In this document: positions 39,379-54,630 of the stretch, one piece after another
How the letters are laid out: each line of letters opens with the position of its first letter
Numbering within the stretch: the stretch's first letter is position 1
NCBI GenBank assembly: GCA_964016885.1
Contig: OZ024741.1
Coordinates: 292,702,001-292,766,000 of the forward strand
Length of the DNA: 64,000 bases
Direction of reading: 5' to 3'
From: Eledone cirrhosa
Lineage: Eukaryota
The notes under the pieces: generated by a model
The model's database searches: none
The model's input: the letters and a program-made list of their open reading frames with translations, nothing else
What the model was told of the DNA's origin: nothing
Translations under genes and position numbers: made by a program

Positions 39379-42300
39379 TATATAATATATAAGATAATAT
39401 ATAATATAATATATATATATAGATATAGAGAGAGATAAATATTATATACATATATATTTATATATACACACATGTACACACATGTCTCACGATACTTGAT
39501 ATGTTCAAAGAAAGCTGCAATAAGACCTACAACTATTTTATATTCTATAAGACTTTAGAAAAAGTTTAGCCAGTTCTTATGTAAACCCTCTTTTTTCTGA
39601 TTGTAGCTGACAAATCACCTTCAACAAACTCTCAACTATCTTTAATACAGGAGAGGACACACTGTCTAAATCTTCTGTTTGATAATTAGTGGCTTAATAA
39701 TGAAAACCTGTTAACCGTGGTCAGATAACAACTACTAATTAGATATACTGTCTGATTTGCTAATTCCACACTAGATATTCACTCAGGCATATATGACTGA
39801 AACTATGATACAATAACAAATAAAAAACAAAAAAATCAACAGCAAAGAAAGAAAGAGAAAGAAAGACAACATTGATGTTAGGAGATTATAATAATCATAA
39901 CTTAGTGACTGATTTATCTCTTCTGCTTAGGAAAATTATTATCTGGGCAATGTTTATAAAAAAACTAATAGACATTTTATATATATATATATATACACAC
40001 ACATATATATAGGCATGCATGAACACACACACACACACACACACATACACATATACGTGCACTCAAACATTAATATAAGTAGTTACAGAACCAACAAAAA
40101 AGCAATACGTTATTGTGTTAGAAGAGGTAATATAATTTCCATGCTTCCTTGCACACATGACATTTGCCAATATCATGTTATAACTTGATGGTGAATTTAG
40201 TAATTGTTGTTGACAAACTGTAAAACTAAATGTATTCTCATAATTCCTGAAAGTACCTGTGTCAGTTGGTGTAGTGCAACAAGTTCCCAGCAAGCTGAGT
40301 TAATGGCCTGGTTTCAATATCTGGAAAGAGAGACCCAACACAGAACCCTTCACATTTTCTTTAAATGTTAGCCACATCTAGACATATTTACAGCTTGGTA
40401 GAGTCAGTGATTAGAGAATTGGCTTAGTAGTTAGAGAATGCAATCATGAGATTGCATGTTCCATTTCCCAACCAGGCAATGCATTATGGGCTTGAGCAAG
40501 ACACTTTATTTCATGTTGCTCTTTTTGCCAGGAGTTGTGACCATCAGTATCAGCAATGGAAATATTGTTTCCATGGTCTGATTTGAAAAGTTCCACCACA
40601 ATCGATAAGCAAGTGAGGTATGGGATCTTGCCGATTATTAAAAAGAAAAAAAAAAGAATCATTGAATTGGTAAAGAGATAGTATAAACATCAACTGATTC
40701 TGTTTAGGAATCCATCACTATATTGTTTCTATCAATTGTAGTTCTTACAGTAGATTTTCTTTAATGAAGGCTGTTAATATTCCTGGGAAAACATGGACAC
40801 CACAACTTCTCAATATTTATTTCTACTGAGATGTAAGAATATAAACTATCAAGTCTAAAGAAATACCTTATGTATTCATATATAAGTCATATCACAAGTC
40901 ATATCTCTATTTTATTTTGTGCCATATATTTTGAATTGCAGTTTTGTGGAAAAATGTGTGACTGTACATGAGTATATATGGTATATTTAATTGGTTGAAA
41001 TACTTTTTAAAATACGATTACTGCATTGTTTTTAAGGAACTCTGGAATTGCTCCTAATATCTGATTAGAGAATTGGCAAAAAAATTGACTATATGATTCT
41101 CTAGCACAATATATGCCATCATTAAAAATGGTCAATGAAACTGATTATAAATTGCGAATTTTCTGGCTACAAATTTAATTCTTGGGGGTGTATCATGTTA
41201 TTATTCTAAACTGAATTAGATTATTGACAGATTGGCATTAATTCAGATCTTGTCAAATGATTTTGTCGTCATTATTTGTAAAAAGGCTATTTTAATCCTT
41301 TAATTAGCGATTTGATGGTCAAATTTGGCCGTCCATCAATTGTGATAGTATTCACAAAGGTTTCAGTCTTGCCAAATGAAATCACTTAGAAAATAAAAAT
41401 AATGATTTTGTTTATAATAAATCATATTAAGGGTGTCAATTATAAAAGAAATAATATCACCATCTTTTTAATTTTAGTCGGGGTGTGAATACCAGTGATA
41501 ATGACCATTTATTTTTAAGATTGTTACGAAGACTTTAACCTTGCTTGCAGTACTGTGAAGTCTTCTCAAAGTAACTACTAAGTGATGTTGGTGGTGTTAA
41601 CATGGATGATGGATTAAGTTTACATCACAAGACGTCAGAATGCAAAAGAGTAAAACAAACACCACAATGCATCTCATCTGACATGCTAGAAATTCTGTTC
41701 ATCCATTGCTCTGGAGTAGTACTTTATTTTATTGACACTGAAAAGATGAAAGACAAAGTTGACCCCAACAGGATTTGAACTTAGGGCTCAGATAACCTTG
41801 AACAAACAAATACTGAAAAGCATTTATTCCTAAACCCAAATGACTGACAATTCATGCACTTCCTTATGATCTGTTATACACTTTTCTAATTAATTAACTG
41901 GTGATTAAACTAGAATTATTCAAACAATAAATACACTACTATGTTTATATTGAGTGTAGATGTATTTATGATTAGCATAATAAGAAATGATACTTTGTTG
42001 GAGGATGACCTCACATCTCCTAGTTTGCATAAATCAATGTATTTATGCCTACCTTTTTGTTTGTTTGTTTGTTTGCTAGTTTTATTGTGTGTTTATCTAT
42101 TTATGTTGATAGTTTAAATACACAAATATATATTACCGATGTCTATTATCATTAAACCAGAAGAAACAACAGTAAAGCAACATGAATTTATTGTGGCTGT
42201 GATTCAAAGACACATAGAATTATTACCAGCAATAAACATATATAAAATTCACCTTATTTGAAAAAAAAAAACAAAGAAAAAAAAACAGAAAATGTTTGGA

Positions 42301-42572
42301 TGAGATAAGATGGATATGGAGTTTTTATTTATATTTATTTTATTTTCCACCTATAAAGGTTGAAACAGAACAATTGGAAACTATTCTAAAGAGTTAGTCA
42401 ATATAATACCAATTTTATTGCTTTCATCTGGTGCATCACTAAAACCAACATCAATCTACAAAGTTGCACGATAGTGAAGCTTAAGTAGATAAGATGTTAG
42501 ATACAAGAACATAAAAGCAAATTCTTTCAAAGTTTCTACTTTATTTTTATTTTATTCTCATTCCATTATATT

Positions 42573-42621
<49 letters not shown>

Positions 42622-43529
42622 GTTCTTCACTCACAGAAATATGGTGAAATAAAACTGAAATGATATAAAAAGTTCTGTATGGATGAGTGCACCTGTTACT
42701 ATATCACAAAAACCAGTTTGTTATGCCATTCATTCACATTAAGTTCACACACAATTTAAACAATAGCCATCCGGTTTTTGAACATTTGCTATGCAGGGTG
42801 TTATTGTATATGTTATTGAGTGTTGGTTTACAGCAATACAGAACATACAGAATTCTCTTCTCAACAGAAAAAACATTTGCTGGAGATGTTCTGGAGGGAA
42901 CTTTCTCTTCCACATCCACAAAGTTATATGTGATGTTCTTTTTTCTCAATGCATTCTTTGAACAGCTTTCTCTCATGTGAAGTTGCTTTAAATCGGTATG
43001 TGTGTGTGCGTGTGTGAGAGAGAGACCATTTCTTTTTTTACTACTCAAAAGCCACATTATTTGATTTGACAGAAATTCTATCAAATTACGTTTCATTCTG
43101 ATTGGTTCATTTACTTTCACAAGTGGAAGAAACCTATTTTACATTTCGTTATTTTGTAAGAACAATAATAATAAAAATTCAGTTGTAAAATCATATTTTA
43201 TTTATTTTGTATGTATTTCTAAGTAAGGAAAATATTTTAAAACCATCATATTCCTATCATATATACATATTTCAATCTTAATTGGATCTCTATAGTGTTA
43301 AGTGAAATTTAAGATTATTTATAAAAATGAAGACAGACACAGATCACTTATTTTAAATTTAATTTATTCATTGTTTATGTATTCTGTCATTTTAAATAAA
43401 ATCTTGGAATAAGAAATATAAGTATTGTTATGGCTGAAATGCCTTTGATAATAGTTCTGCTATCAGGGCTGACATGAGACTAAAACCAAGTATCATCAAT
43501 ATGATCATCATCATTACACTAACAATAAT

Positions 43530-44490
43530 AATGGTTTCTGGTTTTGGCAGACCCTGTAATGATGAAAGGCAAAGCTAACCTTAGTGTGATTTGAACTCAG
43601 AATGTAAAAGGCCATAAGTCAATATCACAAAGCATGTTGTCTGATGATGTACTAATACTGTCAATTCACTAAAAATGATAATAAGGGTTTCTGATTGAGG
43701 CACAAGTCCACCAATTTTGGGAGAAGGGAAATCAATCAATTGACCTCAGTGCATTACTGGGGCTTTATTTTATCATATCCATAACTATATGCTGTAAAGT
43801 ATGTCCGATGCTCTACCGATACTGTAAACCCACTACCCTTACATTAATAATAAAAGTAACCATAGAAAGCATACAAAAATGAAACATATGAGTGAGTTGT
43901 TGTTCTTTAACCCACCAAGAAGGGCAGTAACTCTAAATAAGAACTCATTTAAACTACAGAGACCCTTCTAGCCTATGCCAGAATGGAAAGTGAATAAAAA
44001 GTTATGATGATCATTATTGTGATGATGAGGATCATCATATTGGTAGTATTAGTAGAGCATTGGACAATGTGCTTTGCAGCATAGGTACATCCCTTTATGC
44101 CCTGTGTTCAAATCTCGCTGAGGTTAGCTTTGCCTTTCATCCTTATGAGGTCGATAAAATAAAGTAACAGTAATACACTGGGGTCAATTTAATCGACTTT
44201 CCACTTCCCTTTAAATTGTTGGCCTTGTGCCTAAATCAGAAACCATTACTACTCACATTATTGTTATTGGTAGTGGTTTGGCAGTAGAATTGGTAGGGGG
44301 TCAGACAACATGCTTTGTGGCATATAGTTATGCCCCTTTATATTCTGAGTTCAAATTCAACCAAAGTTAGCTTTGCCTTTTATCCTTAAGGGATCAATAA
44401 AATAAACTACTAATAATGCACTGGAGTCGATTTTATCGACTTTCATCTTCTCTTCAAATTCCTGGCCTTGTGACAAATGTAGAGGCAATT
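43530..44490. mobile_element. Cluster of old family 2 SINEs (two on -, two on +)
   Basis: Repeated gttcaaat..ctttgcctttcat..gtcgataaaataaag..ggccttgtg modules. Confidence 0.7.
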
Positions 44491-44609
44491 TTTATCAAAC
44501 ATGTATCACTCATATGTCCCATTTTGTATGGTTTCTGTGGTTAGGTGATCTTCTTAACTTCAATGACTTTACAGAGTGCACTTCAAGCCTTTTATAGCAC
44601 CAACACTAG

Positions 44610-44860
44610 AGCATAGTCTTGTGGTAAGAGTGCTGGACTTATGATCATAATGTTGTGTGTTCTTTCCTGGACAAGGTTGTGTGTAGTTTTATTGAGTAAA
44701 ACTTCATTCCACATTGCTCCATTATACTCAGCTGAAAATAAGTACCAGCAATAGTTTGACCCTGCAATGAGCTGGTATACTGTCCAGGAGGGTGTTTTGT
44801 ACTCTCAGTTGCTTCCTGCCACAGAAATACTGGCCTGATGGGCCTCCAGGCTTGAGACAG
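44610..44860 (+). mobile_element. Old CORE-type SINE
   Basis: gtggtaagagtgctggact head, ttgagtaaaacttcattccacattgctccattatactcagctg core. Confidence 0.6.
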
Positions 44861-46165
44861 ACTTTAAACTTTTTTTTAGACCAGCACTAGGGTATATATC
44901 ATATTCTCAGCAGAACAAAAGGATCTTCTTGGCCCTAAGTTGTTTCCAGTCATCTGCTAGCTTTATTATTATATTATGTGTAGGATATATTTTATCAACC
45001 TATTTTACGTTGGGCAAGTGTTTTCTTCTAGAGCTAGAGGGTAATCAATGCACTGTAAGTGAAATTTGACAGGTAGAAACTGTACAGAAGCTTTCACTTG
45101 CAACTTGCAGAGTCTCTAAACTATAGTAAATTTGAGGCCCTTCTGTAAAAGAATGTGGGTAAAAAAATATAATAATTATGCATGAATAAATATTATTTTT
45201 TAATATTAATTTTAATGATAAAGAATAAATAAGAAATAAAAACTCACAAAATAAAATTTTAAAAAATCAAAGAATGAGGCCCTAAAAGGTGTGTGACCCT
45301 AAGTTATATCTTATTTAGTTTATAGGTAAGTCCTGCACTGGATATATGTACATGAGCATCTGTATTTATGTGTATTGTTTGTTGATATTCTATACCAGCC
45401 ATAAATAAATACTGCAGTCAGTATGATTATCAAAATCCCGTGAAAATGGTGCCCCGGCAGAAATATAATCTAATGAATGAAACTAGTGATAGAGTAAAAA
45501 AAATATATATCTTCAATGTGCTATATTTTTTAAATGGTAGGGATCTGGTTGCTATTTCTAGCAGGTTGAGAAGCCACATAGACGCTCCCTTATTATCTAA
45601 TCTTGCCAACATGTGTCCAAACGATGTTGATATAAACATATTTACAATTATCTGTTTCATTAATGACTCTTTAGTTCTTTTAATGCAAGTAATAGCTGTT
45701 ATTGACTTAATGGTGTGTTCTATGTTTAGTTCATTGTTGTTGTTTTTCACTATCAGAATGTTAAAATATAAATGATGTATACATCTTATTCTATAGATGT
45801 CAATGATGCATTGATTGTATGAGTATCATATACACATGCACACGCACATGTTTTTACCTAAGGAAACACACCAACCTACTATGCTTGTAGTGAAGAATCC
45901 CAAAAAAATTTTCCTGGAAAATTTCTCCTGGAAAATAAAAATAGATGACTGTTTTGCAAGAGTTTCATTCTTATAGCTGTGAGGTGTCTGGAGCAACAAC
46001 AACAACACTAATAGAGGCTATAATAACAACATCTAAAGACTTCTTTATTTCCTCATTAGAAGAAAAATGTTTATGCATTTATAAAACATCACACACACAC
46101 ACACATACACATCTATATATATATATATATACATACACACATACTCATATATATTGGTATATATA

Positions 46166-46209
<44 letters not shown>

Positions 46210-47889
46210 GTGTGTGTGTATGTATATACAAATATGTGTGTATATATATATATATATATATGTGGTGTCTATATATATATATAAATATGTGTGTGTGTGT
46301 ATATATATGTATATATACATATATATATATATGTGAGTGTGTATATATGTATATATATATATGTATATATATATATGTATATATATATATGTATGTATAT
46401 ATATATATAACGAAAACACGAATCATGACAAACAAAGTTAATGTGTTCTATATTTTTTACTGATTTATTTTTCTTTTTGAAAAAAAAATTATCATTTATC
46501 GTATCTTTCATTGTCTGACATATTGTTGACACCAGAACAATATTGATAATTAACCCAGAATAGAAACTGTGATAAACATGTTTCTTACTATTTCTTAATG
46601 AATCTTTCTCATTTATCGACTTAGTTTCCATAGAGTCAACACCGTATTCTGGCTGGGTTTTTTTAACATTCGATCATTCTACTTATTTGAACCAATCACT
46701 GTATATATATTTTCTCTGTGTCCTGTAAACAATCAGGCTTTTAAGTATAATATTTCCTTGCAGTGATTACCAGACTTATTTTGCCATGGAACTCATATGA
46801 TCAAAAGACAAAACAAGAAAACCCCACAACCCATACCTATGTTTTATGGGCAATTAATTTCCCTCGCCATAATCTTAATAGGATGTTAAATATAATCTAA
46901 TCAAATAAAAATATATATAATACGTTTTTATTATATTTGAACCCTTTTAATGTCAAATTGCCTGAAACTACTTCTGGTTCAATGATACAAAATTATTTGT
47001 TTTAAAGTGTTTATGTTTATCTAAAAAACCTTCCACCTTAATTTTGTTTAAACTTTTGGTATGCTTCATACACAATATATCTGATAAACACAGTGACATT
47101 ACTAAATCCCTCCAAATTATTGATTATTTTCAAAATCATTTGAAGTTTATGAGCAGTGTTTTTCATTAGAAGAAATATTATAATGAAAAGGTTCAAAAGA
47201 CACCTTAACTTGCAGAAGCCTTTGATTCTTTTAATGGATCCCAGGGATTCATCAGGATCCAGATAATTTACGAAATCCACTTTAAAGAGACAAAGAAATC
47301 AAATGGAAAGACCAATGGAAATAACGTTTCTTTGGTCCAATTTGACGAGTTCCATCCTACTTGATAAGTCAATGATGTCTGGGATCTTGTCGATCAATTC
47401 CTCCTCACCCTCGTTCCCCACCATTTATGAAAGAATTCTAAAAACTAGAGTTTTTCTGAGTTTTTGTTCCGAATATTATTTCTTCCACTCCAATTAGAAA
47501 GACGAAAGTAGAAATGTATCTCTAAAGTACTTAAGATTTCTACAAGACTGAAGTTGTTTTAAGGAAGTGAAATAAGCTACCTTCTTATCTGTATCATTCA
47601 TACAGCAGTCAAAATAATTTAGACCATTCAAGGAAAGAAAAAATTTCTAAAATCTGCAAAGATCAACTTAAAACTTCACATTTACTAATAGGATATGAGT
47701 CTGAGGATTTAGTTCTAAATTATTGTAGAATGCAAGGAAGCAGTATAGATTGAAGTTAATATAACAACTTGGCAAAATGGATGTGAGATTTGTCAGAGCA
47801 GAAGAGAGATAGTGAGTGAAGTTGTATTGGTAGTGGTTGTGGTGGTATCAAAGTGTAACTGCTCAGCAGTACAAACAAGGATATATATA

Positions 47890-49087
47890 TCATCATCATC
47901 ATCATCATCACCGTTTTACGTCCGTTCTTCCACGCTAGCATGGGTTAGACGGGTTGTCCTGTTGTGGGCAGTGTCTGGTCGGCTGACCATGCCTTGCTCA
48001 TACAGGAACTGATCTGGCTTGATTTCTACAGCTGGATGCCCTTCCTAACACCAACCTCATTTACAGTGAGTGCTGGGTGCTTTTTCGTGGCGCCTACACG
48101 TCCACTTTACAGTGTGGGCTGGGTGCTTTTTTGCCGTGGCACCTCCACGACCACCTTGCGGTGGGGGGGGGGGCATATTGTTTATATGCTTCAGCATGTA
48201 CCCATGGGAGGTCGGGTACCCTGTATTACTGCGTGACGCCAGAAGTCACGGTCGTGTGTCATTGACTTTGAGAGGTGTAGTTGGGTAAGGTCGGCTTTTA
48301 TCACCTCATCCCAAGTCATCTTGGGTCTCCCCACTCCGCGGTTTCCATCAACTTCTAGTGCTCTGCACCTTTTTATGCAGCTGTCATCCTTCATACGCAT
48401 CACATGTCCATACCAGCGTAACCGCCTCTCCTGCACGCAGCATTTGATTCCTCTTATGCTCAGTCTCTCTCTCAATTCATTTATGCTTTGTCGTTCACGT
48501 ATATTATTGTTACACATCCATCGGAGCATGCAGGCTTCGTTTCTCTCTAATCTACGTAAGTCTTCCACCTTCAGCGCCCAGGTCTCACTACCATGCAACA
48601 TCGCTGTTCGGATACACGCATCATACAGTCTGCCTTTCATTCTGAGGAAGAAGCCTTTTGCAGCTAGCAGTGGTAGTAGTTCCCTAAACTTCTTCCATCC
48701 CGTTCTTACCCTAGTTATTGTACTTTCTGAGCACCCACCTCCGTTGCTAATTCGGTCACCTAGGTAGCAGAAGCTGTCTACTGTTTCTACAGGGCCCTCC
48801 CAGAGATTGGTGGTACTTGTTTCCTGTGGCTGTTTGCTTGCTGTTTCAGCACAGCTGCTGCATGTGAATCCTACATTCTTAATTAAGCTTCCTGAGATCC
48901 CGCTACATCTCTTGTGTACCCATTGTTTGCATTTGGGGCAAAGAATGGAGTTCCTACCTACACCTTTCCTACATACTGAGCAAGGCCATTTCCCTGAGGG
49001 GATCTGGGTTCTGTTTTCTCGTCTACTTATAAGGACCTTAGTCTTTGTCATGTTGACTTTGAGGCCCTTTCTCTCTAGTCCCTGCTT

Positions 49088-49090
<3 letters not shown>
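47890..49090 (-). mobile_element. Young RTE family A copy, 5'-truncated, open frame
   Basis: 286-aa uninterrupted ORF 48191-49051; (TA)n flanks. Confidence 0.95.
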
Positions 49091-49132
<42 letters not shown>

Positions 49133-49664
49133 TGTGTGGGATTTAATCTCTGAGACACAGTTTAGAATTCAAAGAAGTCTTTTCTTTCATTTTTATAGTT
49201 TTTAATCTCTAATGCTTTCATTTTAGTCTGCAACGTGATTTATTATAAAGTATATTTTGGTAAATTTTATAAACTTCTTTTTCTTTTCTTCTTCTTTTCT
49301 TCTCCTTTCCTTCTTCTTTTTCCTCCTCCTCCTCCTTTCCCCAGTCAAATACCAGGGTTGACATAATTGATTTCTCTCTCCCTGCCAAATTGTTGGCATT
49401 CTGTCTGAATTAAAACCATTGTTATTCAGAATCATCACTGCAGTGGACAAATTACTTTACAGTATTTACTCACAGGCCATTAAGTACTGGGTTCAATAAT
49501 TGTTTCTACTTTTGGCACAAGGCCACCAATTAACCCAGTGTATTACTGGTACTTTATTTTATCGAAGACCCCCATAAGGATGAAAGGCAGGGTTCAATAA
49601 TGTATGGACAATTGTCATTTTTTTTTTTTGTGGGTTGTCAATAGTTCATTGTTGGTAAACTGAC

Positions 49665-49698
<34 letters not shown>

Positions 49699-51668
49699 GT
49701 ATATATATATATAAACAGGCCTCTTTTCATAGTTTTCTATCAACCAATTTCTTTGATAAGGCATTGGGTGACCCAAGGTTATAGTGGAAGACACTTACCC
49801 AAGGCACAGCTCAGTAACGTGGGATCATGGAGCCAGGACCCATGTACTTATTCAACAAATATTAGAAAAAGGAATGCAATCTGTGACTTTTTTCTTTGAA
49901 AAGATGTGCTCTATGCAACATTTTAGCTACCAATTCTACTTGAATTATACTATATACACACATACAAATGTACATATATGCATTCACTATTATAAATTAA
50001 GATTGGGTATATAAATGAATATATAGACATATTTAGTGGTCCATGATGTTTTCAAAATATTTTATGAAACCTTTTTTCAATTACTTCAAGTAAGTCATTT
50101 TCCTTTTCTAAAATAATATCTTAATTCTTTCTTCTAAACTTTTTCTCCATCTGATTGTATATGTGTGTGTATATATGTTTCGTGTACATCTAATGCTTGA
50201 ACAGAAATAGTTCTTTAAATAACAGTAGTGGTAGCAACTGCTGTAGATTTTACTGCATGACTGATTTTGAGCCCTAGTGAAACCAATATTTCTTGATTGG
50301 AAATTATTCATGCAAAAAAAGGTTTTCTCTCCCCATTTCCTCCCAATTTATCTTTTAACTAAATATCTAATTCCATTTCCCCAGCCTTATTATTTTTTTG
50401 AAAAACAAATAAGAAAAAATCAAATATCAAACCAACTCTTTGAATAAGTTGGGAGTGAAAATCTTTGGTAAATTTAAGCATATAGTTTGAAGACATTGCT
50501 CAGAGAATTCATAATATTTGTTGAAAAGAAATAAAGAAAGAATAATTATATTTTTTTAGAAAAAAATGCATATAGCTTTAAAGTAGTATTTGAGGGAGAA
50601 TCATGTATTTATAGAAAATAATATATAGAAAAATGTTTAGCTTCATAATCCCATCTGTTAAATGAAGCATTGGTGCCTGCTATTTTGGTTGCTATTTTGG
50701 TTGCTATTTTGCTTTCAAATCCATCTGTATGGAACAGGTTTTTGAATAATTGTACCACTTGGTACAAAAGTAAGACACACCATTATTAACTCTTTGGACA
50801 CCATATCATTTCAAACTTTATTCAAAGATACTGAGCTGTTAATATAAGATGTTTATAGTTATCCAAAATCCTTTCATCATAATTTCATGTTCCAAACAAG
50901 AACTTGATAATGATAAAGTTAGTTATATTTCTAAAGTTAGTTATATTTCATCTTGGCAATTAAAAAAATTATTTGAAAAGTGTAGGCAGTGTCTTTCATG
51001 TGGTAACAAAAAGGTTAAAGCAAGACTTTTTCATTTTTATACAAAGTTTAGAAAGTGATACTGTTGCTGTAGAGCTCTCTGTTCTATGAATACATTTTCA
51101 GTTTCATGGCAGAGGGTGGGGATGATTTATAATATCTACATGCTTCTTCCTTACAAAACTCATACCTTAGCATAAATCTAGTTCCATTTATATCAGTAAC
51201 TACATTACCTTATATAACTTTGATAGGTTTTGGCCAGTATTGGCCCAGGCCATGTTTAACTTAACAGCACCACCACTCATATGTTTGTATAATTCATATT
51301 TAATATATGAATGTTGTGATATAAGTGAGATTTGGCTGCTATGTTTAGCTGATCAAGCAACCATATTGAGGCTCCCATATTGGGTTAATGCCACAAAGTA
51401 GCATATGTTGTTGTAAGCAATAATTCTAAGCTAAGCCTGCCAACTGTAATTTGGGGGCCCACTGCCGTGAGATTTCCAACCCAGGGCTGCAAAGCTCCCA
51501 AATACTACGTATGACTGGAGGGAGGAAAGGCAGGTGTTTTGTTGAAGGGGAGGCTGTAAGTTGGGAGAAAAAACTCACACGCAAGGCCACTTTTCACTAC
51601 ACCACATGGGCTAGTCAGTGGCAGTGAGCTGCAAACAAGAGTTACAAAAGTACTACTGCACTATATAT

Positions 51669-51710
<42 letters not shown>

Positions 51711-52499
51711 ACACAGTAAGCAAGCAAGCAATATTTTTCAAAGTTTGTAATGATCTGGGTGCACAATTAACTAAACAGTGTTATGGTGGTATCTGTGTTG
51801 TGTGTCCCTGTGTATGTTGTGCTCAGTGTGGCTATGTGTTGTATGTGTCATGTTGTTTTGTGTGTATGTTCTATTCGGTATGCCTGTGTGTTGTATGTAT
51901 GTGTTATGTTTTTTGGGTGTGTGTGTGCTTATGTGTATGTTGTGTCATGTATATGTTATGTTTTCTATTAAAATTGAAGAGATTGTATTTCAAAAACAAA
52001 CCAAAAACTGCAACAGTTTATTTTTTTTTTTTTTTACCAAAACCGTGTGAAGATTTTTCAATCAAAATTTCAAGAAATAAAAACACAAACAATTATGATT
52101 ATTACTTTTGTGGGAGAAGGATGTATGGGTGGGGTCAGTGGGATGTGGGAAGCAGCTAGGAGGTCTAGAAGAAACTATGATTTCGCAAGTTTTCATTCCC
52201 CTTTTTTCATAAATTTCATAAATGCGTAAATTATTAATATTCATCATATACAGGAGTATTTTCCAGTTAATCTTTGCAAATGAATGGGAGGAAAGGTCCA
52301 TAAAGAAATATTTAGGACTTCTAAGACAGATACATCTTTTGATGTTTATTACTACCACCCTTATTATCGTTTTATTATTTGTAAAAACCAAATTTTTTCT
52401 CAATGTGAATCCCCCACCTTGCTGTATCTTGTGTTTTTTGTTTTCCTATGTATTTCGCATTCTTGTGGCTAACAAAAGAAATAGTTATAGAGTTACATC

Positions 52500-53075
52500 C
52501 CTTTAGGTTGTGCGTTCATATCTTATGGTTAGCTTTGCATTTCAACTATATGAGGTTGATGAAATAAAGTACCAGTAATCTACTGGTGTTCATTTAATCG
52601 GCTTTGCCCTCAATGAAAATTGTTGGCCTGGTGCCTAAATCAGAAACAATTATTTAAGGGTAGTGGATTGGCAGTATTGATAGGACATCATAGAACATGC
52701 TATGCAGCATTGAGTTATGTCCATTTACATTCTGAGTTCAAATCCCGCTGAGATTAGCTTTACTTTTCATCGTTAAAGAGTTGATAGAATAAAACACCAG
52801 TAATGCACTTGTTTAATCGACTTCCCTCCCTCAAAATTGCTGGCCTTATGCCGAAATCAGAGACTTATTATTATTATTATTATTACTGTGGATTGACAGT
52901 ATCGGTAGAGAGTCGGACGCCATGCTTTCCAGCATAGTTACGTCCCTTTACGATCTGAGTTCAAATCCCGCCGAGGTTAACTTTGCCTTTCATCCTTACG
53001 AGGTCGATAAAATAAAGTACCAGTAATGCACTGGGTAACTGATGGCCTTGTGCCTAAAGTAGAAACAATTATTAC
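52500..53075 (+). mobile_element. Three head-to-tail family 2 SINEs
   Basis: Units ~52500-52655, 52660-52870, 52887-53075, each ending at an ATT-rich tail. Confidence 0.8.
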
Positions 53076-53489
53076 TGCTGTTATTTTTCTTGACATGGAA
53101 ACAAACATACATGGAAATTTACTGGAAATAAATTTCTATACCACACACATTTACACATACACACACACACATGCATGCACATACACAACATACATACATA
53201 CACACAAACACACATGCACACACACACACACTCAATTTTCAGAGTAATATGCTGTGTAATGTAATGTTGTTACATAATTTTATATCCAAACAAATGAAAA
53301 ATGTCTTTGTTTTCTTTTAATAACTTTTTTAAATACCATTTCATGATTATTTACTTTTTGTATTTTTTTAATTATAATTTTTGGGGTGTATTCTCCATAT
53401 TTCTTTATGGCATATAAAATTCCAACTTAGATTTAAATGTTCCTAGGAACTATATGAAATTCCTTTAAGCTTATTATTATTATCATTAT

Positions 53490-53695
53490 TTCTTCTTCTT
53501 CTTCATCTTCTTTTTCTTTTACTTCTTCTTCATCTTCTTTTTCTTTTACTTCTTTTTCTTCTTCTGTTTCTTTCTTCTTCTTCTTCTTCTTCTTCTTCTT
53601 CTTCTTCTCTTCTTTTTTCTTCTTTTTTCTTCTTTTTTCTTCTTTTTTCTTCTTTTTTCTTCTTTTTTCTTCTTTTTTCTTCTTTCTTCTTCTTC
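53490..53695. repeat. (TTC)n / polypyrimidine simple repeat
   Basis: Direct inspection. Confidence 0.95.
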
Positions 53696-54070
53696 CCCCT
53701 CCTAACTGAATTTATTAATAACATTGGTGTTTTTCACTACATCATCCCTCGCTCCCACTGATACATTTTATGTCTCTTCCTCATTTTGTTACAAGAAAAT
53801 AAGTTTCTCTTTTAAAGTTAGAAAAGGGTAAGTGGGTGTGGGTAAATAGACAGAAAAATGATATTATTAATAAATTTCATTTTATTTAATTCATTGATTT
53901 TTTACTTTATTATTATTATTATTATTGTTGTTTTTATTATCTTTCATTATTGTTTCTGAGATATATGCCGAGTGTCTTCCTGACACCTAGGGCAAGTAAA
54001 TTCACAGTGTGCATTGGTAAGCCAGTTAATACAGCACATTGATTATAATTTTTTTTTTAAATATATCATT

Positions 54071-54415
54071 CATCATCATCATCATCATTTCATTTTACGT
54101 CCACTTTTCCCTGCTTGCAAGGGTGGGACGGGAACTGATTCTGGCTTGATTTCTACAGCTGGATGCCCTTCCTAACACCAACCTCATTTACAGTGAGTGC
54201 TGGGTGCTTTTTTTGCCATGGCACCTCCATGACCACTTTGCAGTTGAATGATATGGACCCCTGTCCTATCATCTCATTTCTACGGCTGAGTAAACTGGTG
54301 CAATGTGAAATAAAGTGTCTTGCTCAAGGAAACAACACATCACCCGGTCTGAGAATTGAACTCACAACCTTTCGATTGCAAGCCCAATGCTCTAACCACT
54401 AAGCCATGTGCCCCC
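54071..54415 (-). mobile_element. CORE-type SINE (family 1)
   Basis: Reverse complement of 16057-16395. Confidence 0.9.
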
Positions 54416-54630
54416 ATCATTATCATTATTATTATTATTAAAATAAAGTACCAGTAATACACTGGGATAATTGCTGGCCTTGTGCAAAAAGTAGAAACAA
54501 TTATTATTATTATTTTTTTTTAATTGGCAAAAACCTTAAAGATACCTTAATTTCATTTTTATGTAACTTCATTTAAATAGCTAAATATGTAGGGCTGGTG
54601 TCTGTATATATATATATATATATATATATA

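Noticed and set aside
42687-43120. Overlapping 97 and 128 aa ORFs in unique-looking DNA
   Set aside because: No recognisable motif, includes a microsatellite, no consistent splice structure
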